The translations under genes were made by a program, and so were the position numbers. From NCBI GenBank assembly GCA_963664815.2, contig CAXXHB010000003.1, positions 128,001 through 192,000 on the forward strand: a DNA stretch of 64,000 bases, read 5' to 3'. The stretch is from Spirochaetota bacterium (GTDB lineage Bacteria; Spirochaetota; UBA4802; UBA5550). Positions 9,523-18,797 of the stretch are shown in pieces. The notes under the pieces were generated by a model, which saw only the letters and a list, made by a program, of their open reading frames with translations, had not been told where the DNA came from and ran no database searches. Within the stretch, counting starts at the first letter, position 1, and every line of letters starts with the position of its first letter.

Positions 9523-11670
9523 ATGATACTAAATTTAATTACATTTGTTGCATGTTTTATAATGCTTATTCTCTTCCGGAGACTTGACAGGGCTAATCTT
9601 AAAATGGCAAAACTTCGAAGGTACTCATCAAAGGTATTTGATGAATTCAAGAAAATGAGCGAGAAGGAGAGCCGAAAGTTTCAGGATGCGACTATTGAGA
9701 TAGATATATTGATTAAAAAATCGGGTGCGCTGGCAAAGAATATGTCTGAGTCTATTAAAGAGATTGAAAACAGACTTCATGGTCTTGACATAGAAAAGAC
9801 AAATCTTAAAAAAGTTGATGAGGATATAAAAGTAATTTCATCTGCGGCGAAAGATGTTAATAAGCAGATACAGTTTATCGCATCAGCAAGGGACAATTTT
9901 ACAGATATAGCAAAAAAAGTGACCTTCCTTTCAGAGAATGTTGATAATCTTAATGGTCAGCTCACTCATATGGCAGGAAATTTTGAAGAGAAGCTTAGAG
10001 TCAGGTCGCGCGAAATTTCTGAAGAGTTTTACATGCAGGCGGAAAATATTAAAGGGGAACTTGAATCCAGAATATCTGATTCCGGAGATCTTCTTCTTGA
10101 AAACTTCAAGATAAAAATAGCTCCTCTCATCAGAAACGTTGAAAGCGCCGATTCACTTCAGGTTCAGATTGCCGGGATGAAAGATACATTCATGGCGATG
10201 GAGAACACATTTTTTGACCAGTTTACACTGAAGTCGAGAGATTTGAAAGCTGAAGTAAATGATAACATCGATAAGCTTTCCCAGAAACTGAAAAATGTTG
10301 AGATTACAGTTGATGAATCGAAAGGCAGGCTGATAAGCACTTTCGAACAGGAAGTGGATAAAATCAGGACAGAAATTGACAATTTAAACATACATGCGGT
10401 TTCCAAAAAAGATGAAATAGTTCAGGCTGCACGAAGGGAAGCTGAGGGAATAAGAAAGAAAATTGAGGATTTCGAAGACAGGTTTGTTGAACTTGAGAAC
10501 AGGATTATAGATACAGCTGAAGAGAAAATAAACAGTATAGATTCCGATTACCAGTCTATTGAGCTGAGACTTAACACAATGCTTGTAAGGCTTAAGGATG
10601 AAGAGACAAACATCGGAAGAAGAGCGGCAGACCAGAATGATATTCTGCAGAAAAACTTCAATGATCTTGAAAGCCGTCTCGGGGAGATTCGTAATGAAAT
10701 AATGCGTTATGAACAGAACAACGATATATTCGGTAAAACAGATCAGCTTATGAAAAAAGTGAACGAAGCAGTAGGCCAGCTCAACCATGTACTTGAGGAT
10801 GCACAAAAGGAATCAAGGGAACTGGAAAAATTTGTTGCCGATATAGATCAGATTAAAGAACTGAAGAAAATGGCAGACAAAGAGATCAGAACCTACTACG
10901 CGAAGAAAGAAAAGCTTGCTGATATCGAGAGTGAAGTGAAAAATCTTATGGAGGTTAATGATCTGGTAGTTAATAAATCAGACAAGCTTCTTGAGAATGT
11001 TTCGAGGATTGATGCGGTTAATTCTCGTATTGATGCACTTTCCGAAACCTATGGTGCGGTTGAACGAAGAATAAATGAACTTCATCAGTATGAAGATATT
11101 ATTTCCAGAAATCTTGATTCCGTAAACAAATCAGATATTATTATACAGACAATAGACAGCAGAATTCAGGCTTTCGAGAAGGTGATAGACAGATCTGACA
11201 GACGTGTGGAAAAGATTGGCAGTCATCTTAAGCGGATTGAGGAGGAGACTCTGATTCTTAAAACAAAAGAGAATGATATAAGAGATCTAAGAGACAGGCT
11301 GAATGAGCTTGATGGTCTTTCAGATCATATGGAAGAACGTGTTAAACAGATTCATGCCATGTTTACAAAGGTTGAAACTATAAGGAAAGAGATTGATGTT
11401 ACTGATAACAGGCTTCAGGATATGATTCACCAGACTGATATGAAGATGAGAGAATTCTCGGATTTTATACAGGCTGTTGACAATAATAATCCTATTCTTA
11501 AACAGGTGAAGGGTGATATTAAGATGATGCCCGGTAAAAATCTGAGCGATAACATTGTTAAAACAGTAAGAGAACTTTCAAATAAAGGATGGGATCCTGA
11601 AGCTATATCAAAAAAACTTATGGTTGATGAAAATTCTGTCAGATTTATTATAAATACAACTCTTCTCTAG
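9523..11670 (+). CDS. SpiroCoCo-type membrane-anchored coiled-coil protein
   Basis: N-terminal TM followed by RRLDRANLKMAKLRRY; long heptad-rich body; C-terminal HTH-like VRELSNKGWDPEAISKKL...VRFII; family call is from recall. Confidence 0.75.
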   Translation: MILNLITFVACFIMLILFRRLDRANLKMAKLRRYSSKVFDEFKKMSEKESRKFQDATIEIDILIKKSGALAKNMSESIKEIENRLHGLDIEKTNLKKVDEDIKVISSAAKDVNKQIQFIASARDNFTDIAKKVTFLSENVDNLNGQLTHMAGNFEEKLRVRSREISEEFYMQAENIKGELESRISDSGDLLLENFKIKIAPLIRNVESADSLQVQIAGMKDTFMAMENTFFDQFTLKSRDLKAEVNDNIDKLSQKLKNVEITVDESKGRLISTFEQEVDKIRTEIDNLNIHAVSKKDEIVQAARREAEGIRKKIEDFEDRFVELENRIIDTAEEKINSIDSDYQSIELRLNTMLVRLKDEETNIGRRAADQNDILQKNFNDLESRLGEIRNEIMRYEQNNDIFGKTDQLMKKVNEAVGQLNHVLEDAQKESRELEKFVADIDQIKELKKMADKEIRTYYAKKEKLADIESEVKNLMEVNDLVVNKSDKLLENVSRIDAVNSRIDALSETYGAVERRINELHQYEDIISRNLDSVNKSDIIIQTIDSRIQAFEKVIDRSDRRVEKIGSHLKRIEEETLILKTKENDIRDLRDRLNELDGLSDHMEERVKQIHAMFTKVETIRKEIDVTDNRLQDMIHQTDMKMREFSDFIQAVDNNNPILKQVKGDIKMMPGKNLSDNIVKTVRELSNKGWDPEAISKKLMVDENSVRFIINTTLL

Positions 11671-11875
11671 AATTATTTCACCGAATTATAACACCACACC
11701 GTTTTTTTATGTTTATGTTCAGATTTTATTGGATTTAATTCATTAAAATCAGGGCATAGATATAATTATTTTAAAAATATTTTTTTAATTTTTCTTTAAT
11801 AAAAAAATCACTAATATATAAGGTATTTTATATATTTAATAATATCCAGATTAAATTTTCCGGAGGTTCTGGTTT

Positions 11876-12229
11876 ATGAAAAAAACTGTTCTGCTTGTTG
11901 ATGACGAGGAGATTATAAGACTTACTTCCGGAGAAATAATGGAAGAACTCGGTTATAATGTGATTGTTGCAGGCTCCGGAAATGAGGCGCTGGAAATATT
12001 TAAAAACAGATGCCATGAGATTGCATTTGTTTTTCTCGATATGACTCTGCCCGATTATTCCGGAATGGATCTTCTGCTTGAAATGAAAAAAATTTCTTCA
12101 GGCATTAAATTTCTTCTTACTTCGGGATACCGTGTTGACATGACAGGCATAAATAACGAAGCGATTTTTATACAGAAGCCATATACAATTTCTGAGTTAA
12201 GTACGAAATTACATGAATTAATCTGTTGA
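11876..12229 (+). CDS. Single-domain response regulator
   Basis: LVDDE, phospho-acceptor LDMTLP, TSGY, QKPY. Confidence 0.9.
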   Translation: MKKTVLLVDDEEIIRLTSGEIMEELGYNVIVAGSGNEALEIFKNRCHEIAFVFLDMTLPDYSGMDLLLEMKKISSGIKFLLTSGYRVDMTGINNEAIFIQKPYTISELSTKLHELIC

Positions 12230-12237
12230 TTTTTCAA

Positions 12238-12990
12238 TTATACAGGTTTATGAAGATGACTACGGTTAGACCCAATTTCTCTGGCTTTATGGAGCGCAAT
12301 TTCTGTGTTGTGTATAAGAATATCTGCTGAGTTAGCTGAATCGGCAGATACTGAAGAGATTCCCAGAGTTATAGTAACAGGTCTTGCGTCTTTATGGTAT
12401 TTATATTCTTCAACTCTTGATCTCAGTTTTTCAGCAAGAACAAGCGCTCCTCTGTCATCTGTATTCGGAACAAGAATTGAGAATTCCTCATCACTATAGC
12501 GTGCGACAATATCAGTAACACGACATGAAGGTTTTATTATGTATGCAATATTCTGAAGTATAATATCTCCGGCTTTCAATCCATAGGTAATATTATATGT
12601 TTTGAATGAATCAATATTAGCAATAATTAATGATAAGGGATAATTGTATCTCTTTGCTCTTTCAAACTCCTCATCTAATTTTTGAAAAAAATGGCTTCTG
12701 TTTAAAAGGGATGTCAGGTCATCAGTAACCGTAAGAATATCAATTTTCTCTTCCAGTTTTATTTGTATTCTCATTGAAAAGTACACTGATATAAAAAGAA
12801 CAGAAAAAAAAGAAATGAATAAAATACCAGAAGTAATAATAAAATACTTACTATACAGAAAGTTAAATTTTTCAGGATATAATTTATTATAAATATTCAA
12901 AGCAACAAAACCTGTGTTAAAAAACAGTAATAAAATTATATTTATTTTTATTATAATATAAAGACGTTTATTATTGCTTTTTGTTCCCAT
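12238..12990 (-). CDS. Two-TM degenerate GGDEF-domain protein (SDEEF; RxxD I-site intact)
   Basis: TDDLTSLLNR, ANIDSFK, GDIIL, RVTD-IVARY-SDEEF. Confidence 0.85.
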   Translation of the reverse strand: MGTKSNNKRLYIIIKINIILLLFFNTGFVALNIYNKLYPEKFNFLYSKYFIITSGILFISFFSVLFISVYFSMRIQIKLEEKIDILTVTDDLTSLLNRSHFFQKLDEEFERAKRYNYPLSLIIANIDSFKTYNITYGLKAGDIILQNIAYIIKPSCRVTDIVARYSDEEFSILVPNTDDRGALVLAEKLRSRVEEYKYHKDARPVTITLGISSVSADSANSADILIHNTEIALHKAREIGSNRSHLHKPV

Positions 12991-13161
12991 TTATTTTCCC
13001 TGTTTTAATAAGTGCATTCAATAAAATCCTATTAGAAAAATTCTTTTCCGGAATAATATAATAATACTACATTAATAAAATTATTATAAAAAACAAAAAA
13101 ATGGGTAGAATATAAGTGTTTTTTTAATATTAATATTATTGAATTATCAGATGTATTAATG

Positions 13162-13194
13162 TCCTTAAAAACGCCGTAGCGACGTTTTTAAGGA
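13162..13194 (-). terminator. Inverted repeat just downstream of the GT2 gene (possible terminator or processing stem)
   Basis: TCCTTAAAAACG-N9-CGTTTTTAAGGA, 12-bp perfect stem; no clear U-tract. Confidence 0.5.
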
Positions 13195-13205
13195 TTTTGC
13201 CGGAG

Positions 13206-14729
13206 TTACTTATTCTTTCTGCTGAAAAACATAGTAATTGGAGTGTTGACAATACTTAAGAGTGATGTATAGAAGAAACCTAACTGAAAAAGTAAAATCA
13301 GAGGTAATGAAACATACAGGTCGTTAGCATATGTAAAATATACAGCATACGTCATATAAAAAGCAAGCATCAGTTCGATTATTGATACTGCATCAATTTT
13401 TCGGGTCCGATAAACATTCCCGAAAACATTTTTCATTCTTGATGAAAAAGATTTATCCTCTCCGTCAGAGACATTATATTTCGGAGTTCTGTTAAAAGGA
13501 CTCTGTTTATGGATAAGAGCCTCAATTACTGCTTTTGAGTTGTTAATACAGAGTCCAATACCTATAGCTATAACAAAAGGGAGGAAATAAAGTGGTTTTG
13601 ATAGTGACCTGTTCTTAACGCTTAAAGTCTCTTTAATTACTACATATTCAGTATAAAAGTAAAAAAGGAATACGGAAAGAGTTGCGCAGATAAAAATTGG
13701 TATATCAAGATAAAGGAGTTTTTTATAACCGTTATTAAATCTTATTATAAGAATCACCGGCATCAACAGGGTCATAACTGTCATTAAGGCATAAGCGAAG
13801 TTTGCACCTATATGAAAAAAAGCTTCAATTTTAACATTTAAAGGGATATCGGCTTTTATTATTTCACCTTTGATTTTAAGGAAGGTCTGGATGGAACCCT
13901 TTGCCCATCTGAACTGTTGTGATTTGAATGCAGTCATCTCAATGGGAAGTTCTGCCGGAACTGTTAAATCCGGAAGATAAATAAAATTCCAGCCTTTTAA
14001 CTGTGCCCTGTAGCTGAGGTCAAGATCTTCAGTGAGAGTATCATGCTGCCATCCGCCGGCATCTATAATTGTAGTTTTTCTCCAGATTCCTGCTGTTCCG
14101 TTGAAATTAAAGAATCGTCCCGAACGGTTTCTTGCAGTATGTTCTATCATAAAATGACCATCGAGAAGTATGCTCTGACATTCTGTAAGGAGAGAGTATC
14201 TTCTATTGACATGATCCCATCGTGCCTGGATCATTCCTATATTTTCATCTGTAAAATAATGTACGGTTCTTTCGAGAAAATCTTCAGGAGGCAGAAAATC
14301 AGCATCAAAAATGGCTATAAACTCACCATCGGTCATTTTCAATCCATTTTCAAGAGCTCCAGCTTTAAAACCTGAGCGGTCTGTTCTGTGGATATAGTTT
14401 ATATTGAATCCTTCTTCCCGTTTTTCATCACACTTCTTTTTTGCAATCTCCTGAGTTTCGTCTGTAGAATCATCCAGTAACTGGATTTCCATCAGATTTT
14501 TTGGATAGCGTATTTTAGAAACATATTCAATAAGTCTTTCAACAACATATTTTTCGTTAAAAACAGGAAGCTGTATAGTTACTCTGGGTAAACTGGAAAA
14601 CTGTGAAAGAGGAGTTATAATTTCATGCCTGTGCTTTTTAAAAAGATAAATCGTATAATACCTGTTTGCACCATATATTGAAAGCAGAAATAATATGAGA
14701 AGGTAAAATACTATCGTAAAAGTTTCCAT
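13206..14729 (-). CDS. Cellulose-synthase-like processive GT2 glycosyltransferase
   Basis: LDDS, KAGAL, FDADF, NGTAG, TEDLD and QQFRW (D,D,D,QxxRW) plus multiple TM helices; no PilZ domain. Confidence 0.9.
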   Translation of the reverse strand: METFTIVFYLLILFLLSIYGANRYYTIYLFKKHRHEIITPLSQFSSLPRVTIQLPVFNEKYVVERLIEYVSKIRYPKNLMEIQLLDDSTDETQEIAKKKCDEKREEGFNINYIHRTDRSGFKAGALENGLKMTDGEFIAIFDADFLPPEDFLERTVHYFTDENIGMIQARWDHVNRRYSLLTECQSILLDGHFMIEHTARNRSGRFFNFNGTAGIWRKTTIIDAGGWQHDTLTEDLDLSYRAQLKGWNFIYLPDLTVPAELPIEMTAFKSQQFRWAKGSIQTFLKIKGEIIKADIPLNVKIEAFFHIGANFAYALMTVMTLLMPVILIIRFNNGYKKLLYLDIPIFICATLSVFLFYFYTEYVVIKETLSVKNRSLSKPLYFLPFVIAIGIGLCINNSKAVIEALIHKQSPFNRTPKYNVSDGEDKSFSSRMKNVFGNVYRTRKIDAVSIIELMLAFYMTYAVYFTYANDLYVSLPLILLFQLGFFYTSLLSIVNTPITMFFSRKNK

Positions 14730-15234
14730 AAATTTTTCAGTCCTTGTATTGAAACAAAATTCATTTTCTGATTTTTATGTTTAATCCGGATAAACTACTA
14801 TTTAAAAGTTAAACATCTTTCTTCTAAAAACCAGTATCAAAAAGCCTAAATAAAAATCAACAACTACATGAAAAAAAGTTACATGAAAATTTCAATCCAA
14901 AATTTTTTTTAAGTACAAATTGGTACAAAGGCTAATCATATAATGTTATTCAAATGAGGTTTTAATTAAAGATAAAGATAAAATATTTTTATTTAACTGC
15001 ATTGCATATGACAGCTGAAATAAAAGTTCAGAGGATTTAACCTGGATATGAGGAACTATAAACTTTGAAAGTGGAATAATTAGTTGCTTCATTAAACAGC
15101 AATATGTAATCTGCCGGAAATAAAACTCTATACCTGCCGAACAGTTAAGCGCATAATCTTTTGTTTTGTTGGTGTTTTAAGTGCATTCATAGTTTTTTTA
15201 AATATATAATCAGGGATTAAAGGATTTTTTACTA

Positions 15235-16365
15235 ATGAAGAGCAAGGAAAAATTTTACTATCTTGATCTTCTTCGCGGCTGGGCGATGATTATTATGGTA
15301 GAAGTTCATGTTTTTAATGCGTTCTTAAGACCGGAGATAAAAAAAGAGGGATGGTTTTCAGTTCTTAATTTTATTAATGGGATGGTGGCTCCATCATTTA
15401 TTTTTATAGCTGGCTTTGCCTTTATTCTTTCATCTAAGAACAATATTGATGAACTCAGGCAATTTGGAGATAAATTCCGAAAAAAGATGGGAAGAATAGG
15501 GCTGATTTTTTTTGTAGGGTATCTTTGCCATATACCATATTTTTCCATGAGGAATAATTTTCTGTACACCGATCCCGGTTTACTGAAAAGTTTTTATAAT
15601 GTTGATGTTCTACAGTGCATTGGGGCAGGTATGCTTCTTCTTTTCATCACAAGGCTGGTAATCAGCTCTGATCGTATATATGATGCTTTTATCGTTGCTG
15701 CGATGCTTTGTTTTGTCCTTGGTGCGCCATTCGTCTGGAAGATTGATTTCAGCAGATATTTACCTCTCCCCGTAGCATGTTATTTCAATGAGATTCATGG
15801 ATCTTATTTTCCTGTTTTTCCATGGCTCGGCTTTTTATTTTCCGGTGCAGCAACATCATCATTTTTACTTAAAGCGCGAGAGAATAAAAATGAAGAGACA
15901 TTTATGAAATGCCTTCTTATTGCAGGTATATTTTTTATTGCGGTTGCTTTTCCTCTTGTTGCATGGCTTGAAACATTTTCCTGGTTTGAGGTTAAGTCAA
16001 GTCCGGTTTTTTTTATTCAGCGTCTTGGTGTGATTTTTATTCTGCTTTATAGCTTCAGATTATATTGTAAGAAGAGGGGAGAGAGGGAATCTTTCTTCCT
16101 GGACATGAGCAGAGAATCACTGCTTGTTTACTGGCTTCATCTTCAGATTATTTATAGAATACTTATTAACGGGAAAAATATAGATAGTATGGTAAATAAG
16201 ACTTTTGGTGTAATTGAATGCACTGCAGCAACTTCAGCTTTGCTGATACTGATGATTGCAGTTGCAATAATTTGGGGAAGTATTAAAAAGAATCATCCGG
16301 AAACCGGGAAAAAGATTTTTGCCGCAGTAATAATCGGCGGAATGTTAATGTTCAGTATATTATAA
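15235..16365 (+). CDS. DUF1624 / HGSNAT-like multi-TM acyltransferase
   Basis: LDLLRGWAMIIMVEVH, APSFIFIAG, DVLQCIG, FPVFPW, SLLVYWLH. Confidence 0.8.
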   Translation: MKSKEKFYYLDLLRGWAMIIMVEVHVFNAFLRPEIKKEGWFSVLNFINGMVAPSFIFIAGFAFILSSKNNIDELRQFGDKFRKKMGRIGLIFFVGYLCHIPYFSMRNNFLYTDPGLLKSFYNVDVLQCIGAGMLLLFITRLVISSDRIYDAFIVAAMLCFVLGAPFVWKIDFSRYLPLPVACYFNEIHGSYFPVFPWLGFLFSGAATSSFLLKARENKNEETFMKCLLIAGIFFIAVAFPLVAWLETFSWFEVKSSPVFFIQRLGVIFILLYSFRLYCKKRGERESFFLDMSRESLLVYWLHLQIIYRILINGKNIDSMVNKTFGVIECTAATSALLILMIAVAIIWGSIKKNHPETGKKIFAAVIIGGMLMFSIL

Positions 16366-16366
16366 A

Positions 16367-16849
16367 ATGAATAAAATGATAACATTCAGGCACGCCGATG
16401 AAACCGATTTTGATATGATTCTTAATCTTGAAAAAGAATCATTCAACCGGTACGACAGACTTGACCTGAAAACATTAAATGAACTTTTTTCTGAATTCAG
16501 GGAGGGATTTTACATCATACTGGCGGATGGAGTTATAGCGGGGTACTCGGTTTTTCTTGTTGAGGATGGAGCGGGATATATTGAATCAATTGCGATCAGT
16601 AAAAATTACAGGCGTTGCGGATTTGGACTTATCACACTTCGGTTTATAATGAGCCGGATTGCAGATATGAGTATAAACAGGATTGACCTGCATGTGCGCT
16701 TTGACAATAATGCCGCTATGGCTCTTTATGAAAAAGTGGGTTTTGTTAGAAAGAAAATAGTTGAAGGTTTTTATACAGATGGAGAATCTGCGTATCTCTA
16801 TTCTTTTTCTTTCTGCAGCATATCAGAAAATAATTCAGTTAAAGGTTAA
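16367..16849 (+). CDS. RimI-like GNAT N-acetyltransferase
   Basis: SIAISKNYRRCGFG acetyl-CoA motif, LHVRFDNNAAMALYEKVGF, FYTDGESA. Confidence 0.85.
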   Translation: MNKMITFRHADETDFDMILNLEKESFNRYDRLDLKTLNELFSEFREGFYIILADGVIAGYSVFLVEDGAGYIESIAISKNYRRCGFGLITLRFIMSRIADMSINRIDLHVRFDNNAAMALYEKVGFVRKKIVEGFYTDGESAYLYSFSFCSISENNSVKG

Positions 16850-16853
16850 CCGG

Positions 16854-17468
16854 ATGTCTGAGCTGATATTTTATCTTGATATTTTCGGGACAATTTCATT
16901 TGCCGTGTCCGCTTCGTTAATGGCATATAAAAAAAATCTTGACCCGTTCGGTATTCTTGTTATATCAATTATAACATCAATTGGCGGCGGCACACTCAGG
17001 GATATACTTTTGAGGAACTATCCGATATTCTGGATAGATCATATTATATATTTAATAGTAATAATTATATCATCTCTTGTTACTCAGGTATTTATCCGGT
17101 ATATATCCAGGATTACAAATATACTCCTGATATTCGATGCAATAGGAATTGGCGTTTTTACAGTAATAGGTATTAAAATCTCGATTAATTTTAATATTAA
17201 TCCTCTAATATCAATCATGATGGGGACGATAACGGCAGTTTTTGGCGGACTTTTAAGAGATGTGTTATACAATGAAATTCCGGTTATTCTTCATAAGGAA
17301 TTATACGCGACACTCTGTATAACAGGCGGCATAATATTTTTTCTTTTAAAATTTGCAGCTATATCTGTTGAATTAAACTATACTGTTTCAATGCTCTTCA
17401 TTATTATAACACGGATAATTGCGATAAAATATAATCTTTCACTTAAATCATTAACATTTATAAGATAG
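16854..17468 (+). CDS. TRIC (UPF0126) family membrane protein
   Basis: GTISFAVSA, GGGTLRD, DAIGIGVF, GGLLRD repeat; ATG 16854 preferred over the track's overlapping TTG. Confidence 0.9.
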   Translation: MSELIFYLDIFGTISFAVSASLMAYKKNLDPFGILVISIITSIGGGTLRDILLRNYPIFWIDHIIYLIVIIISSLVTQVFIRYISRITNILLIFDAIGIGVFTVIGIKISINFNINPLISIMMGTITAVFGGLLRDVLYNEIPVILHKELYATLCITGGIIFFLLKFAAISVELNYTVSMLFIIITRIIAIKYNLSLKSLTFIR

Positions 17469-17477
17469 AAACTGCTG

Positions 17478-18359
17478 TCAGACAGAGTATTTATTCCCGT
17501 GCTCTTCCGCTTTTCTATAGAATTTTTTAATAAACTCGATATCTATCTTTTTTTTTACTCTTCTGTTCCTGTTCAGTTCCTCTTCGAGCCTGGTGAGAAT
17601 ATTTTCTTTATCGCTTATTATATCATTCATCGACTTTTTTGAGAATATATATCCGGAAGGGCAATTGAAATACTCGCCAACCAGTTCCCTGAATATCCAG
17701 ATTGTTTTTCCAAGTTCTTTTTTTTCTCTGGGTAATTTCCTGAAACCGGGAAATTTTTCTTTATAGAGCTGGTATTGATCTACAATAAAGTTTTTATCTG
17801 AAACCTGAGAAGAACTATCAAGATATTTATTGTAAAGACTTTTCTTTTTTAAGTCGTCTTCAAATTTTTCGTTAATTACCAGAAGGTGTAAAACATCATT
17901 TATCGCATATTCAATGAGGTCATCTTTGATCGGCCGTTTTAACCAGTTGGCTCTTTGAAAAGAATCTTTAACTTTTTTATCGATCCCGATATATTCCGCA
18001 AGATTGATTTTTAGACCCAGCAGCTTTTGTGCAATGGCAATATCTCTGATTGGTTTTATGGAATAACCCAGAACATTCTGAGTCATAAAGAGATCGTTTT
18101 CGCTTGAAAACATAATCTTTATTATATCGGGTGCAGTTAGAAAAGAACGGAGGGCCTCTGATTTTGCATTTTTTAATACATCAATTATTACAGGTGTAGT
18201 TCCATCAAAACATTGAAATATAGATATGGAATATTTATATTTTATTGATCCCTGGTCTCCTTCAAGATCGAGGGCAATTTTCTTAATATTCTCTTTTCTG
18301 AGATATTCAAGGTAAGATGAAATTTCATTTTCAGTGGATATGATTTTAATATTCAGCAT
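17478..18359 (-). CDS. rnd: Ribonuclease D-like 3'-5' exonuclease with HRDC-like C-terminus
   Basis: IALDLE, DIAIA, QRANWLKRP, YAINDV. Confidence 0.75.
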   Translation of the reverse strand: MLNIKIISTENEISSYLEYLRKENIKKIALDLEGDQGSIKYKYSISIFQCFDGTTPVIIDVLKNAKSEALRSFLTAPDIIKIMFSSENDLFMTQNVLGYSIKPIRDIAIAQKLLGLKINLAEYIGIDKKVKDSFQRANWLKRPIKDDLIEYAINDVLHLLVINEKFEDDLKKKSLYNKYLDSSSQVSDKNFIVDQYQLYKEKFPGFRKLPREKKELGKTIWIFRELVGEYFNCPSGYIFSKKSMNDIISDKENILTRLEEELNRNRRVKKKIDIEFIKKFYRKAEEHGNKYSV

Positions 18360-18797
18360 CAGATGTCCGGAAGTTTATTTTAATTCTTTTATAACAATTT
18401 TGTATTATATATAAAAGATTTTTCAAGGAATTATTATTTATATAAGATTTTTTAATTCTATACGTTATTCTTGTTATGACTGTTTAATGTTATAGTAATG
18501 GTTATGATAATTTTGTGAGAGCAGTTTACAGATTTACAAAGAAGCTGATAAAATATATATGACTGTTAAAATCTCTTCTTGCAGGAATTTCATTTAGGAG
18601 GAGAGGAGCAGTTTCAAAATGGGTCTGATAATTATCTTTTAAAAGTGTTTGGTTAAATAAAGCTGAATTCAACTTATAGCTTTACATATTAACTTATAAA
18701 TTAAATTGGATAAAATCGGATAAGAGTTAATTTTAAGTTTTAAAAAATTCAGAATAGTAAATCAGAAAAAGATATTTTCAGGAAGTGACAGGCTTTT

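Noticed and set aside
14730-18797. c-di-GMP riboswitch in the long spacers near the c-di-GMP genes (14730-15234, 18360-18797)
   Set aside because: No GEMM-like tetraloop/receptor two-stem pattern recognisable by eye; an Rfam scan would be decisive
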